Source of the DNA: Antedon mediterranea
Taxonomy: Eukaryota > Animalia > Echinodermata
Length of the DNA stretch: 64,000 nucleotides
Direction of reading: 5' to 3'
Assembly: GCF_964355755.1 (NCBI RefSeq)
Contig: NC_092673.1
Coordinates: 8,060,001-8,124,000, forward strand
Part shown: positions 1-14,122 of the stretch, in pieces
How the letters are laid out: each line of letters starts with the position of its first letter
Numbering within the stretch: position 1 is the first letter of the stretch
The notes under the pieces: model-generated
The model's input: only the letters and a program-made list of their open reading frames with translations
The model's database searches: none
What the model was told of the DNA's origin: nothing
Program-made: the position numbers and the translations under genes

Positions 1-16
1 TTCTTCCTTTTCCTAG

Positions 17-550
17 AAATATCTGACAAATCTTTTAACAAAATTTTAACATGTTTTTCAACCTGGTATGATGAGCGGCCTCTCATCAGGAAACTAAAAG
101 TTTTGTATCATCGTTATATCGCAGAAGCTGAATTATACAATGCCACTAAAACGATGGACTTACTGAATCAATTAATTGATTCTGGACATCTAAGTTCTAA
201 AGATCCCACTATTATGTATGATACCATAAAGGTCACTGAACAGTTTGGCATTGTAGACGAACTTCAAAATCACATACCATCCATTCCAAATGTTAAAGAT
301 GTTATAATTTCAAAATTCAGCCATCATCAACTACACATTCTGGATTTAGGAAATGTACTAAGACAACAGGATGTGATAAAAATTGATGGGTTATACAATA
401 AACCACCAAAGAATTACCAAGATGCATGGGGACTTCTTATAGATCTACAATATGAATAAATCATTTGTAATCAAAGGGAAAAGATGGATGCATTTATTGA
501 CAACTTAAATGTTCTTAAACTACATCGACCTGTGCAAACTCTTACTAAAG
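17..550 (+). pseudogene. Tandem death-effector-domain-like exon of copy A (premature stop)
   Basis: Same 534-nt length as B exon 29588-30121. ORFs 103-459 and 484-729 are its two halves either side of TAA; donor AAAG|GTATG at 550/551. Confidence 0.8.
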
Positions 551-1045
551 GTATGTTTTTCATAGAACAGCATTCTGCATTTTATACATTGCATATGCAA
601 GACAAATGGTATCTTTTGACCACCACGGTCATTTCTGCTGCCATGTTTGAAGCGCCCAAATTCATGATGTTCTCAATTCACATGGAACTTTCCCAAATAA
701 TGATTGCAGTAAAAAAACTTTTTATTTGAAAAATCCTACATTTACTATACCTATGTAATCTAGCTAGTAGCAATTATTATCATAATTTTAAACCCAAGCC
801 TATCATAAAAATTTGTAAAACGACGGCACTCAACATACAAATTGTTTATGTATAAAATAACTCGCGTACCCTATTTAGTGCCAACGGATGGTTCTCTAAA
901 ATATAACGTTTCTACGTACAGCGCACTCCACATACAATACAGAGATGATAGAATGGTAGTTGAATATAATTGTGCCCATAAATATATGAACCCACTTTCT
1001 AACTATTGAGAAAAAGGTTACGTGCGATTTACTGCAATTTGTAGC

Positions 1046-1275
1046 GAACGCTAGTATTTATTCGTAAACAAAACCTATCCCACCTCTGCAGTCACAGATT
1101 TAAAACTGGATCTCTGGATACTGGTGTACTGGTATTTGTTGGGCATTGATTTATTGTATAGAGGGCGAGCGAACGCTAGTATTATTCGTAATCAAAACCT
1201 ATCCCACCTCTGCAGTCACAGATTTAAAACTGGATCTCTGGATACTGGTGTACTGGTATTTGTTGGGCATTGATT
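1046..1275 (+). repeat. Direct tandem duplication (~123-bp period) inside a degenerate Helitron-family remnant
   Basis: GAACGCTAGTATT...AAAACCTATCCCACCTCTGCAGTCACAGATTTAAAACTGGATCTCTGG...GGGCATTGATTTATT occurs twice. The following ~1280-1500 resembles 38510-38770. Confidence 0.8.
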
Positions 1276-1610
1276 TATTACGCCTGAGGGAATTGACACA
1301 CACAAAGAAAAATTGTAATGTTCCATTCATCGGCAAGCAATGTTTGTATAAACGTATTTTACTATTTAAAATAGTATTTTTTAAATAATCTTGACCTGTC
1401 TTCCACATTATAATGCTGTTTTGAGGAATGAAAAACATTTTTTGTACAAGAAGATAGGTAAATGCCAAGCATTCTCACAGTATTTTTCAGCATCGACGGG
1501 TGTAATAATAAGAAAACAGGTTTACATTATGTGTTAAAAATCACTACCGAAAATATGTACCAACTTACTATACAATTGAGTACACATTCTATTTCTTTTT
1601 ATTATTACAG

Positions 1611-2391
1611 AGGTTACGATACCCGTAAATCTGAAACGCAAAATAACAGAATCTGAGCCGAATCTTGCACCTCAAAAAAGACCTTGCGGTGAATCTATGA
1701 AAAAAACATCTTAATGAAAAACTAAAATCGTTTCAAAGGACTGTTGATGAAATTCTACAATCTTTACAAACTGTCACTTATGATGGGCCATCACCAATAC
1801 TAAGAGATATTAATCAAAATCTACAATCTTTACAACCTAGTACTCTTATTGGCAATGTATCATCGGTACTAACTATTGAGAAGAATCTGTTATCATTACA
1901 AAGAACTGTTAACGAAAATCTGCAATCATTACAAAGTGGACCTACTCTCGCTAAAAGTAGCTCTGAACAAATGTGTATTGATGAAAAACTTCGATCATTA
2001 CAGCGTTTTCTGATAGAACTTCAACAGAATTTGGCAATGTTTCCACCAAGCATTTGCTATTTCATAGGAAAACTTTACAAAGGTGAGGACACTGTGACAA
2101 TAACTGATGAGAACAACTTATTTTTGATAGTGGAACGTCTTGTTGTTTTCTGCCGAAACTATGGATGCGAACTAAGAAAACTAGAACACAAATGTATAAT
2201 ATTTCATTTGGCTGTGCTTGATCCTATTGCGTTGGTGAATCTAAAGCAAATGGATCAAAGTGGAGAGCTTCTTATAAGATTATCAGAAATATTTGTGGAG
2301 GAGGAGCACCGGCAGATATTTCAAATAGAATGGACAACCTACATTGACAAAAACAAATACGAAGAAGCTCTTGGTTTACTTGAAAAAGAAG
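1611..2391 (+). pseudogene. Coiled-coil + TRADD-N-like exon of copy A (frameshifted)
   Basis: Acceptor TTACAG|; donor GAAG|GTGAG. Translates LKRKITESEPNLAPQKRPC, LQSLQ repeats and GCELRKLEHKCIIFHLAVLDPIALVNLKQMDQSGELL; homologous to 32306-33115. Confidence 0.75.
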
Positions 2392-5082
2392 GTGAGAACA
2401 TTATTTATTTTGCAATATTTCCTAAAATTATGCCTGATAACAAAAAAAGGCAATTTATTTTATAATTGCATTCTTCAGCCAAAACCTAAAGATGTTAATG
2501 GTATGTTAAATTTACAATAACAGTTTTTCAACAACAAGTAGGCCCTGTTTCTGCAGCTACTGCTGCTGCAAAAAAAATTAAATTTAGATAAAACATTTCA
2601 ATGAGAAATTGTTGCAGTAAAGATTGAAAGAAAATATTGTAAACTAATCTTGCTTGCTTGAGATATGTATGTACACTGTATTATTAACCAATCTTGAAGG
2701 TTTTTTTTAAAGTGATGATCGATTGATTTTATTGTTATCTTGCTATATGTACTCACAGTAGTAGAACCAGTGGATTTACACCATAGTGCACCAACTGAAA
2801 TATTAAATTTATTTATTATTATTTATTAATTTTATTATTTCCAGTAAAATTTAAAAATATAAACGTATTAGATTCACATAATAATTTCTTGTTTTGTTTG
2901 TTTTTGTTATATTTTTTTTATTTATGATATCTCATTCATAGCCATGGGTTTAATGTCATTCATTATAAGGTATTGGAAATTCATACACAAATATATCCTT
3001 CCTCTACTATTATAGAGACCACTGATAGTGCTTCTAGCTTAGGTGCTACATCAGCAAGCGGGTTTTTTTTCTGAATCCTTCAAACCCCCTCAGCACACGG
3101 TCCTGTCAATAATTATTGAAGAGGAACGTGGAGAAGGTGAACTTGTTGAATCAAAAATAGGTCAGTTTCATAATTGTAATTATTTTCATAATATTATATA
3201 AATACGAATGCTATGTTTTTAACATATCGCATCTAGAGTAGGTAACATATATTTTAAGAAAGTACATCTTGACAAAAATATTTTATTTAAAGATTTGCTT
3301 GAGGGATAAGCGGACTCAATGTGAATCAATGGGGGATACATACCTTATTACCTGTCTCAAACCTGCAACGGACTTAACTGTTATTATTGATTCAAACAAA
3401 CAAAACTTGTATTAGCATGTAACAGTACAACTTTGTTGCATTGCATTTTTTTTTTAAGTACTGAAATAATTCATAATGGTCTATCATTACTTATATTGTT
3501 TGTTTCAATTTAGTTTTCTTCAAAAATCATTGCATCTTATTGCGCCATAATCAATTGCAATAATTTTCAATGAAATCAAATCAAGTATTTGATACATGGT
3601 AACGTATAGAATAATGTAGCGCGTAAAACAAAAAAAAAACACTATAGAAAACACTCACGTTGTAGGGTAAGATAGACTTTCTACCATAAGTTTCTACCAA
3701 TTAGCTGGCTATAAATATTCGGATAATTTGTATGGGCCCTCCCGATTCATGTTGTTTTTATGTTTATGTATGTTTTATGTTTCTGTATCTAAATACAAAT
3801 GTTTCGCATGTTTATGTGTAAGTCTATAGTTTCCTGTGTGTTCAGTATTTGTTCACAGTCAGGAATGTAAAATAGTTTAAAAATGTAATCAACGAATGTT
3901 CATATCACACAAATAAAATACCCTAATAATATAATAACTCTTTCCCGAAAGTATTATGATGATCTAAAGTGTCCTTTAATTTTTTATAAAATTAATAAAA
4001 TAAATCACATTAGGCCTACTTTAATTTACTTTTATAACAAAAACAAAAAAGGAAAGTGCAAAAACCAGATGAGCAGGTACTGCAACTTGTTCAAAAAGGT
4101 CTTGCACTATTTTGTAAAACTCCATGACAAATTCAAAAATTCTTAAGCAAGAAATAATTATATTATGGCATTAATGAATCATAAATGAATACCAAGTTAT
4201 ATTTTCTTTCTTTATATTTCTTTCTTTGATAGAGTATTTACAGGAAAGAATCAGAACAGTTAGGTTAACAGGTGAGTTAATTTAGTTAATTTAGTTAATT
4301 TTTAGTTAATTGTATTTCATTGTAAAGCGATAAAACTATTATACCACTTTAAATAGATACAATGGAGTCATAAATATATAGTCTACATGTCAATTATAAT
4401 TGTAATAATACAAGATGGAATTCAACTTGTCCTGAGTAGTACATGCTGTTGTTACTTTACAGGTAATGTACACAGACTCATGGGTGTTCTACTTTTAATT
4501 GCATACACAATCATATTCTATTCTATTCTATACAGGTTTTTATATAACGCCCTACAAAGAACAGAGCGCCTAACAATACTTAGTAATTAATTAAAAAGAA
4601 AAGGTTTAAGTTGACGTTTAAATAGAGGTGCCGAATTCGCTCCTCTCAAATCGACGGGTAGCGCGTTCCAGATCCGCGGAGCAGCAACAGAAAAAGCATT
4701 GTCACCAGCTTTCCGATTAGATCGTGGAACTAAAAGTCGGGTGGGATCATTAAAGGAGCCGCGAAGTCGACACCTGTAATTAAATAAAATCTGGTCACGG
4801 TTAAATTTAATTAAATCAAAAATGTACAAAGGAACAACAGAGTAAATACATTTATAAACAAAAACAATAACTTTGTACAAAATTATTTTTTTTTTATATG
4901 AAGCCAATGGAGATCTTTCAATAAACCATGCGAGGGCTTATCCCGTCTACACGCAAAGACCAGCTGCCGCCTTGTTCTGCAATCGCTGTAATCGTTTAAG
5001 ATCAACTTCGCGGGCATCAAGCAAGAGCGAATTAGCATAGTCAAGGCGGGACAGGATTAGTCCCCTGACTGCATTGTGGCAT

Positions 5083-7870
5083 TTTTATTTTATTTTTTTT
5101 TTATTCAATTTCCAGGTAACATACAAAAATCATAAACAAGGTACGGCATCATTCAACAAAACAGAACAAAAGTACTATCAGCACCTGCGGGTAACCAAAA
5201 GTGGATTAGTTCAAAAGAACTGCACTGTCGAGTGGCCTTCCCAACTAATAGTACGAAAAACGCAATAGACATAAAAACACAGTGATAGTCTAGATGAATT
5301 CGATATCAGTAATACATTTTTTCAAATCCCTTCTAAACCCCCCAAAGTTAAACAGGACTTTGTTACGAACTTCATGCGGGATACATTCCCATATTCGAGG
5401 GAAATTAACAAACAGGGAGTTTTTAAATGCATTAGTTCTAGCATACATGTGTTTAAAGGTGAGGAACTCTGGATACCGAGAATTAATTGTAAGGTATTCA
5501 AATATATCAAAATCAATTAAATTATGCAAACACTTAACTACAAAAATTATACTATGAAATTTCATTCTTTGAACCATATCTGGTAAATTTAGTATCTTAA
5601 GCCTGTCAGTGAAATCGCCTTCAACACACAATTTAGTAACCCGTCTTAATGACTTGTTAATAGCTATATTATGTTGTTTTTGATGTGGATCCCACACAGG
5701 AGCACCATATTCAATAACAGGTCGACATAGTGCATTAAAAAGTCGTAGTAAAATGTCGGTGTCATTGAAAACCTACAAACCGTTTGATAAACCCAAGCAT
5801 TCTCATAGATTTCATCGATACATCATTAACGTGAGCAGACCATGTTAAATCACGTGAGAAGTTAATACCAAGATATTTATGTGAATTAATTAACAGCTTC
5901 AAGGGGATTGGATTCGATTGTATAAATAAAATGAGGGATATAATTACGTTTCCTAGTTATGTGCATGACTTTACACTTCTTTGCATTTAATTTCATTTTA
6001 TTATCCTCACACCATTTGGAAATTTTACAAAGATCCTGTTGTAAGGTAAGTGCATCATGACGACTGAATACAGGTTTATAAATTACTGTATCGTCTGCAT
6101 ACTGCTTCATAACAGAAGAGGTATTTAGAGGTAGGTCATAAACAAAGAGATTAAATAGAAGCGTGCCTAACACTGATCCCTGAGGAACACCCGAGCCCAC
6201 TCTATCCCAATCAGAATGCTCCTTATTAAGAACAACACGTTGGAATCTGTCACTGAGAAAGGAGTGAAGACACTTTAGGAGAGATCCACATACTCCCATG
6301 TTGTGCAGTTTCTTGATTACTAAATCATGGGGAACACGGTCAAAGGCCTTCTCCCAATCAAGGAATATTGCATCAATTACAGGAGGTTGTCTAACATCCA
6401 TTGTTTGTGACCAATCATGATATAACGCTGAGGCCTGTGTAATACACGATCTACCTGGATAAAACCCGTGTTGCGTGGGACTTATAAATCCAAAAATTGA
6501 AGATGAAAAAGAATGTTATCTGCTATAATACGTTCAAAAACCTTACCTATAATAGAACATAGCGATATGGGTCGATAATTATTAACATCGTTACGATTAC
6601 CTGACTTAAAAATAGGAGTGACATTCGCGAGTTTCCAATCTTTTGGTACAAAGCCATCCGTTAAGAACTTGTTAAACATTTTGCACAACACTGGGGCAAT
6701 AATTGGAGCTGACATGGATAACATTTTAGGTGTAATCCCGTCTGGTCCAGGGGATTTGTTGGGTTTCAATGACAATAGAGCCTCGAAAATAGTTTTTTCA
6801 GTAATATTAATGTTATTAAGGGGAACAATATCTGGGTGAACACAATTACAGATCTCATGGTTAACATTGAAATTACGATTAGGTTCGTTAAAGTTTGACG
6901 CAAAGAATGTGGAAAATGCATTTACCGCATCGATATCGGAAACCAAGGGTATACAGTTAAAAACAAAGTTTTTGACTTGTCCAGTCTTACGCCTAGTCTT
7001 AACATAACTAAAAAAACGTTTGGAGTCAACATTTACACAGGCGACACTTAATTTCCTAATATATTGTAAATGAGCTTTTTTTGTTAGGTTTCTTAATTTA
7101 TTACTAAACTTTCTATATTTGTCCATCTTACTTGGGTTATGAGGATGACGATAAGCCTCTTTTAGCATTCGTTTCTTTTTACGAGCCATGATAACCATTT
7201 CTTGAGTTATCCAAGCTGGCCTGTTTCCTTTTTTACTTTTGACTTTAGGGATACAATCGTTGATAGTGGCGAGAAAGAGGTCTTTAAAATTTTCCCACAT
7301 TTCCTCACAGTCTGATTGTTCCAGGCACAGTCCCCAAGGAACCGCCCCCAACGTTGTAAAAAGATCGTCATGGTCACATTTACTATATTGATAATAATAT
7401 CTATCTACAGGTTTAACTTTACTGCATCTAGCGTTAATATTAAAATAAACCCCAAGGTGGTCATTTGTACTGAGACCGGGATGACTTCTGAAATTACATA
7501 CAATGTCAGGGTTATTGCACAAGACCAGATCAATAATGCTACTTTTGGTGTCAGATACACGAGTAAAAAAATCAACAAATTGTATAGTATCAAGTGGAGC
7601 AATAATTTCTTTAAATTTCTTATAAACTAAGGGACTATCAACACCGTAATCATAATTAAAATCACCAGTTAAAATTATACCACAGTACTTATGTAAAATA
7701 GATAGGATAAAATCAACGACATCATGGAATTGATTGAGCCAATCGTCATTTGAACTCGGTGGCCTATAAACAGCACATATTAAAACGTTAAAATTGTTAT
7801 TTACAGTTATTCAATAATTTTGACCTCAATGTTAGTAGGAAAGTCAACAATAGAGGATTTAAATGCGTTC

Positions 7871-7904
<34 letters not shown>

Positions 7905-9145
7905 GTAACATTTATTTCTCTTGTCTTTCATAGAAAATAAAAATCAAAGCTAACAGAACACCACCACCGTGTCTTGAACGGTCTTTTCTGTACACAACGA
8001 ATGAGTCTGGAAACAGTTCCGTACTATCAATAGAGGAGTCCAGCCACGTTTCTGTGACAATCAAGATGTCCAATTCATCAATTGCGATACGCGCATGGAA
8101 TTCTTCGATCTTATTCACCACACTTCTGGCGTTAAATAAAGCAACTTTAATAAGGTTAGTTTCAAAGATGGAAGAATCAGTTGATGTATTGCTGGATGCA
8201 AGTGACAATATACTGTTGTTGTTGTTCAATGAGTTGTAAAATGAATCCGATAGTTGTGGTAGGGAGCAGATGTTACACGCCCATGGATTATCTTGATAAA
8301 ACACATAACTATCGCTGCTCATAGGTATGCACTTGATATGAAATATGTGATGACATTCACAGCAAATCAGACATTTTTTATTGCGTCTCGTCGTTTTAGC
8401 GCAAGATTCACATGAATTCTTCGTACTATTACCGTTTCCAATATGCTGGCTCTTGTTCCTATGCATCAGCTCTGGGCCTGGGCGAGGATGAATGTCGCCA
8501 CTAACCAACAAACATAGGTTAAAAGTCGAATAATGATTGGCGTAATATCTCACAGGCCTACTTATATATCGTTTTCTTGTGGTGTTATTAATGCTAGCAC
8601 ATGTATGCAAAAAAAAGAGAACATGACTCACCGACACGGATGTTATAGTGAACATTTTCGTTATGATAGCTGAGTTGACGAACCAGACAATCAAATGAAC
8701 CTGGTTGAAATATGATTGATCTCAGAAATAATGTGCAGAGTAATGTCATCAAACAACTAAATAGAGCCATTATGTTGTTAAATAAGGCAATTCAAATAGG
8801 TCCAGATATGTGTTTGTTGTACCGGTACAGCTAATCAACTAGCGAGCCAGTGTACTACACCGTACTACAGCAGCTGGTTTGGCGCGAAATGCAAATCACG
8901 GCGTGATCCGGAATTCCTTAGTTCCGATGGCACAAATACATCAAAAAACATCTAAAATTCACGAAATTGGACCACAGATCAAACATAAATACCATCAAGA
9001 ATGTTCACAAGTGAAATAATAACGACTGGATACATCCAAAACACCAAAGCAAAGTCAAATTCACTAGGAAAAACTGAATTCCAAACACACTGAGGAGCAC
9101 GATTAAAAACACGTCCGTGTCGTTCGAGTATTGAGAAATCCAAAA
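5083..9145 (-). mobile_element. CR1-group LINE, ~4.06 kb, degenerate single PHD-APE-RT ORF
   Basis: PHD Cys/His pattern; APE motifs (FNARS, VTETWL, DRSRHGGGV); RT motifs KSPGPDG, NYRPISL, FLDWEKAFDRV, GVPQGSVLG, YADD. Poly-A tail at 5083-5102; TSD GGCAT at 5078-5082 and 9146-9150. Frameshifts and stops break the ORF. Confidence 0.92.
7876..7943 (-). mobile_element. Tiny 5'-truncated retroposon tail with (TTGA)n inserted in the APE domain
   Basis: AATAAA followed by (TTGA)n on the minus strand, flanked by TCAA; removing it restores GGGVLLAL-KNAF. Confidence 0.7.
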
Positions 9146-11570
9146 GGCATGCATCCTTAGTTATACATTTACGTATGCGCCACAAGTTACGAAGTTGGTA
9201 ATTCAATGACTTGCATAAAGTATTTACTTAAGAGGACATATTTAAAGAGCTATCAAATATCACACCTAAGTTTTTAATACTTTTTGAAGGATGAATAATA
9301 ATAATATTGTTATCTACAGTAATTTTAATTCAAGATCTGGTAGCGTGACACGATTATTTGCAAAACAAAAGAACTCGATTTTCTCCTGATTAACTGTAAC
9401 ATATTTCTAATCATTCATTCATTAATTTTGAATATGCAGGAAGTCAAATTTTTAAGTACATTTTGATAATCATTAACCATTTTTGGGTCAAATTCCATAT
9501 ACAACTGTATATCATCGGTTTATTCGTGAAAATAGACGTTACGATTACGAATGATATCACCGAAGGGAGAAGTATATAAGATAAAACCCAACGGTCTAAC
9601 AATTAAACCTTGTGGTAATGAATAAAAAAAACATGTTCTTTAGAAAAATTGTTATTAATTAAGACTCTGGTACTACGATCTTTAAGGTATGTACTATACG
9701 AAGATTTAACCAAAACGTTGATCTAACCTTTGCAAAAATAAACCATGATCAACGGTGTCGAAAGCGGTGGACATGTCAAGCAAGACGAGGACAGCCTTGT
9801 TTTTATTAAGGGATCTTAAGATATCGTTTCTTATCTTTAAAAGGGCAGTTTTCGTACTATGATATCTGTTATAATGCGCTATGTAGGCCTACACTCGCTC
9901 ATGTAGCTACTTCAAAGACAAAAGATTTTGCTCGTAAATTAACTATCGTGCAGATATTCATAGGATGCTAGTCAAGTCGCAACATTTTCCATTCGCACAG
10001 TTGCCTTACTGTGCGAACAACTGACTTGCATTCCTCTCTCTCTCATGTTTAAAAAGTGAAGGAACATAGAGGAAGATAATGTATTTTTAATGCATGAAAT
10101 AACTGATTATCATTACAGTAGGTGGACGTTAAGGCATTCTTTGAATTTAAAATCGATAGAGGTTACAACTTTATTTTTTTATAGGGAAATCAGAAGATGT
10201 ACCCCATAGAGTATTGGAAGAAGTATTAAGTAGATTGATAGTTGGTGAGTTATACTACAGTTTCGTTTATTAAAAACTATTTCAATGTAAACAAATTTAA
10301 ATTGTTTCCTGACTATTACAATGTGAATTAATCTGTAATACATTTAAGAAAATATTATATTCATTGGATTGAATTGTTTTTAACTTATTAATAGAGGAAT
10401 CAGAAGATTTATCTTATAGAAAAACACAATTGCAGGGAAAAAGACATTAGTAGATGGTGAGTATGTATAAACTTTGTTATTTCCATTAAAATTAAATTTA
10501 TTGAAAGCTTAAAAAAAATTGATAACAACTCCAATAGAATACTTAACACTGCCTTCAAAAAAACGTAAATATCAGTTTTAGTAAATACGACAATTTGCTA
10601 TTATAAAAATTATAAAATTTAGTAAAGAATAAAATAAAACCAAATATTGTAAATTACAATTATTATATTATACACTATTATTTACACATCTTACCTTCAC
10701 AATCTTGTTTTATTGCCAGTTTAAAAAGTTTAAAAATTACTAATTGGTTTTCTTCTTTAAATTGTGATAGGAAATTTGAATTCTTACAATAATTTCACCA
10801 ATTAAACTTTGAATTATTTCTTGTCTTATAATTGACACCCGCCTTACTTTTTGTTTGTGCCTCTGTCATTTACCTGCCAACCACTTGTTGAGTCCGAGGT
10901 TTAATGTTCTGTAAACAATTGTAGCATCTCATTCATGTTTATTTTATTTATTTATCATATTTATTCCATGTGATATCTCACCTATAAGAAATACTACATT
11001 TTTTTTATACTCAAAGGTTTTGAAACATAAACATTTGCATCACTACTAAAGTTATTTCAGTAGGGCCTACTATATACATACACTTCAGATCATTTGATAA
11101 GAAATGCCCGAATCCCTCCCGTATATTTCACCGCACTAACCATGGTTTTTATATAATCATTAGTGTCACTTTAATGTAACTGAATCCTCCAGATAAAGAG
11201 TTGCAATCTTTGATATTTATTTATTTTCTCAGTCATAGTGCTATGGTGATATTAACAATACCTGTATTTTTTATTAGGTGATCTAAGAGAATATGTCAGA
11301 ACGAAGTGTAAACAAAAACAGATTACACGTATGTATGGTGCAGGTGGGTATAAATAAAATCAAAACTGTGTATGGTTTCAAAGTGTACTTTTATGTTATT
11401 CACTTAACTAAATAATGTGATTTGTTACTTGTTTACTCTTCTCTTTTTCAAACAAAAAACGTATTTACCAGATGCCCAGTAAGGCCAAACTATAATTGCA
11501 GCTGCCTATGTTCTTGTACAACAATGTTGTTATAAAGAATAATAGTATAATTATAATTTACATTTCAAAG

Positions 11571-12355
11571 GTACAATTATGCCAGATGAAGCTTGCATAG
11601 ATGAAATATGTACAACGTTGAGGAGATGTTACAGAATGTCTGATAAGAGTGTATTTACAGATACTGATGTCATACAGTCATTAAGAAGGCGTGACACCTT
11701 TGAATTGTGTCAGAGGATTAACAGTCAATCAGAAAGAACAGAAGATATGGGTAGAATGTTGGCTCACTGTTTAATAATAACAGAAGATGAACATTCCTTG
11801 TTACCACAGGTTTCTGAATTATGCAATGATCATGTTGTACTAGGTATATCTAGTGAATTACACAAATTTACTTTCCAATACAATATTAAACGATTTTCTT
11901 TATTTAAGCGTATCACTTCATCATTTTTAATTCATCTACTAAGAAATGCACCAAAGCTTCAGATGCTTAATTTAAGATTTTGTTTGACAAGTGATACTTT
12001 AATGAATACTGTTACTAATCTATCAACCGATAAAGTTGTGTTGGAATTAGATTATTTTGATATCAGAGACAATGATCTCAGTAATATCAAGGGTAGCTCA
12101 TTTACCATCTTACTGGCTATTGCCCCTAAACTAACACACCTTGAAATCTCTGATTGCTGTTTATCAGGTGCTATTGTGGAGTCCATGATCGATGAGTGTG
12201 TTACAAGAAAACTAGTTTTGGAATTAAAACATCTTGTTATCGAAGGCAATGATCTCAGTAATATCAAAGGTAGCTCACTTAATAAATTGCTGTCTATTGC
12301 CCCTAAACTTACATACCTTAACATGACAGATTGCAAACTACATGGTGATATATAG
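11571..12355 (+). pseudogene. Terminal LRR exon of copy A
   Basis: RI-like LRRs (LQMLNLRFC, LTHLEISDCCLS, LKHLVIEGNDLS); strongly similar to 41047-41942. Confidence 0.8.
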
Positions 12356-14122
12356 TTGATAGTATGACAAAACACTTCGCTAGTTTAAGAGGTTTGTTTT
12401 GGTATTAGAAGTATTGTAAACTGCATCTACGTTGTATTCTTCAAATGTGAATTGTGTTTCATTGTTTTAGATTTATATTAATATAGATATTCTTGTTGCT
12501 ATTTCAATTAAAACACTGCTAACAGCACCAATTGATTTATGGTAACATTTTAAACACTGTAATACAATGCCAAATCAACCAAAGATATAATGAACAATTG
12601 TTATGTGTTTTTAGTAGGATATGTAAGAGTTTCAAGTTGGGTATACAAAAGGTGATTCAACTCCTGTAATGTCTCGCTGGTAATGCTAGCTCAGAAGTAT
12701 GTATAAATAATAATAGTAGTGTAACGGCGTAGAAGTGTGTGTTTCATCCAAATTTTGTTTTTACACAGTAAGATCCAGACACAATACTTTGGCTATCAAT
12801 GTTATCAATAAGAGTAGGCCTATAAAACCAATAGATGCACTGATTATGTTTAATGTATAAAACGTATTCCAATTAATGAGTTAACGTTTCGATCTTTATT
12901 TGATCATCATCAGGAATACACAACAATTCAAAGTCAATACTTTAGTTATCAATGTTTATAATGTGTAATAAGAGAGTAGGCCTATAAACCAATACTTCCA
13001 AAGAGAGACAATTATAACTACGGTACTATGTACACGTATGTAAATGCGATATAAACAATTAGCCATACAGGGTTCTTTGAGAAATAAATGGCACCGACCA
13101 TTGGAGCTGTCAATTATTTTATGTTTGGAGTTTATTATTATTAGGCCTATCTATAATTGGTCTAGAGAGCCTTAAGATATTTATCCAAATTGTATTAGCA
13201 ATCCGTCTAAGCCATTCCATGACACGTGTTTACGAATATTATTAATATTTCGGTTTTTATTAATATCATTCGATATTTAAAACTCATGTCAAGAAAATTA
13301 ATACATTCAATTTGTTTAATAGTAGTTCATTTATTTATGTTGACGTGTCAAATAAAATAAGCCATTACACACATGTATTAAGTAAGGGTGACAAAAATTA
13401 AGATGTTCCAAAATTACTTTGAAATCAGTTGGTTTAGCAAGCACTAAAGTTAGTAGGCTATCATCCACAAACCGGGCATTAAACTTAATGACATTATTGA
13501 TTTCTAGGTGTGCCTTTAGTTTCTGAATTGCTTTTATTTATACATTGTATTATTTATGTAATGATAGAAATGTGATATTAAAAAATATACGGTACAGGTA
13601 GGCCTATATATCAAGGTTATTAAGGTGTAATAGTAGGGGTCTATAGTGGTTTTACAGTGCAGTTGGTTGCCAATTAATAACATATGCAATAATATACTGA
13701 TAATTATTACATGAACCTATCCATTGAAGTTAATAAGTTTACAATTTGTACTTGTGTAACTAACTTCTAGTAACCAAAAGCCTTATCAAGAAATAATTGG
13801 GTTTATTATTGAGTTATTGGTCACTATCTTTATATAACATACGGTATTCGTATTGTTGTTTATTGTAATTAATTATTAATGTAGTATGAATTAATATATA
13901 CTAAAAATTATTGTTTATAACCTCAATCTGAATCTATGCTTGTTATTTTTCCTATCAACTGTATTCTAAAATATGAAAAAGGAATGTAAGGTAACAGAAT
14001 CCAAACACTATTAAATAAATTCATCTTCTTCAAACTACTGTTTGAAGAAGTTGACAGCATGTCAACGAAACGTCACTAAGGTATTTATACCAGTTGTGTA
14101 TGTATTTTTAACAAATTGAAAA

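Larger units (their letters stand above)
4515..9540 (-). mobile_element. Outer L2/Crack-like LINE fragment (RT C-terminal part and 3' end), split by a younger LINE
   Basis: Minus-strand TDDIQLY (~9510) and NYQLRNLWRIRKCITKDAC|HNAVRGLILSRLDYANSLL join in frame across the insertion. C-terminus GDNAFSVAAPRIWNALP; (AGAAT)n-type tail at ~4515-4530. Confidence 0.85.
17..12355 (+). pseudogene. Paralogue A of tandem-DED / coiled-coil / TRADD-N-like / LRR immune-like gene, disabled (first exon outside window)
   Basis: AG/GT-bounded phase-1 exons 17-550, 1611-2391, 3016-3160, 4233-4271, 10185-10244, (10395-10456), 11278-11343, 11571-12355, homologous to copy B. Lesions: TAA at 457-459 where B has CAA; +1 in an A-run at ~1700; +1 in a T-run at ~3063; 62-nt micro-exon; a TA insertion at ~12350 giving an early TAG where B continues (old frame ends ~12408). 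Confidence 0.8.

Noticed and set aside
457-459. Programmed read-through or selenocysteine at the in-frame stop
   Set aside because: The codon is TAA, the paralogue has CAA, and other lesions are present.
12052-12375. Antisense ORFs over the LRR exons (also 41588-41914)
   Set aside because: Shadow frames of conserved sense-strand coding sequence.
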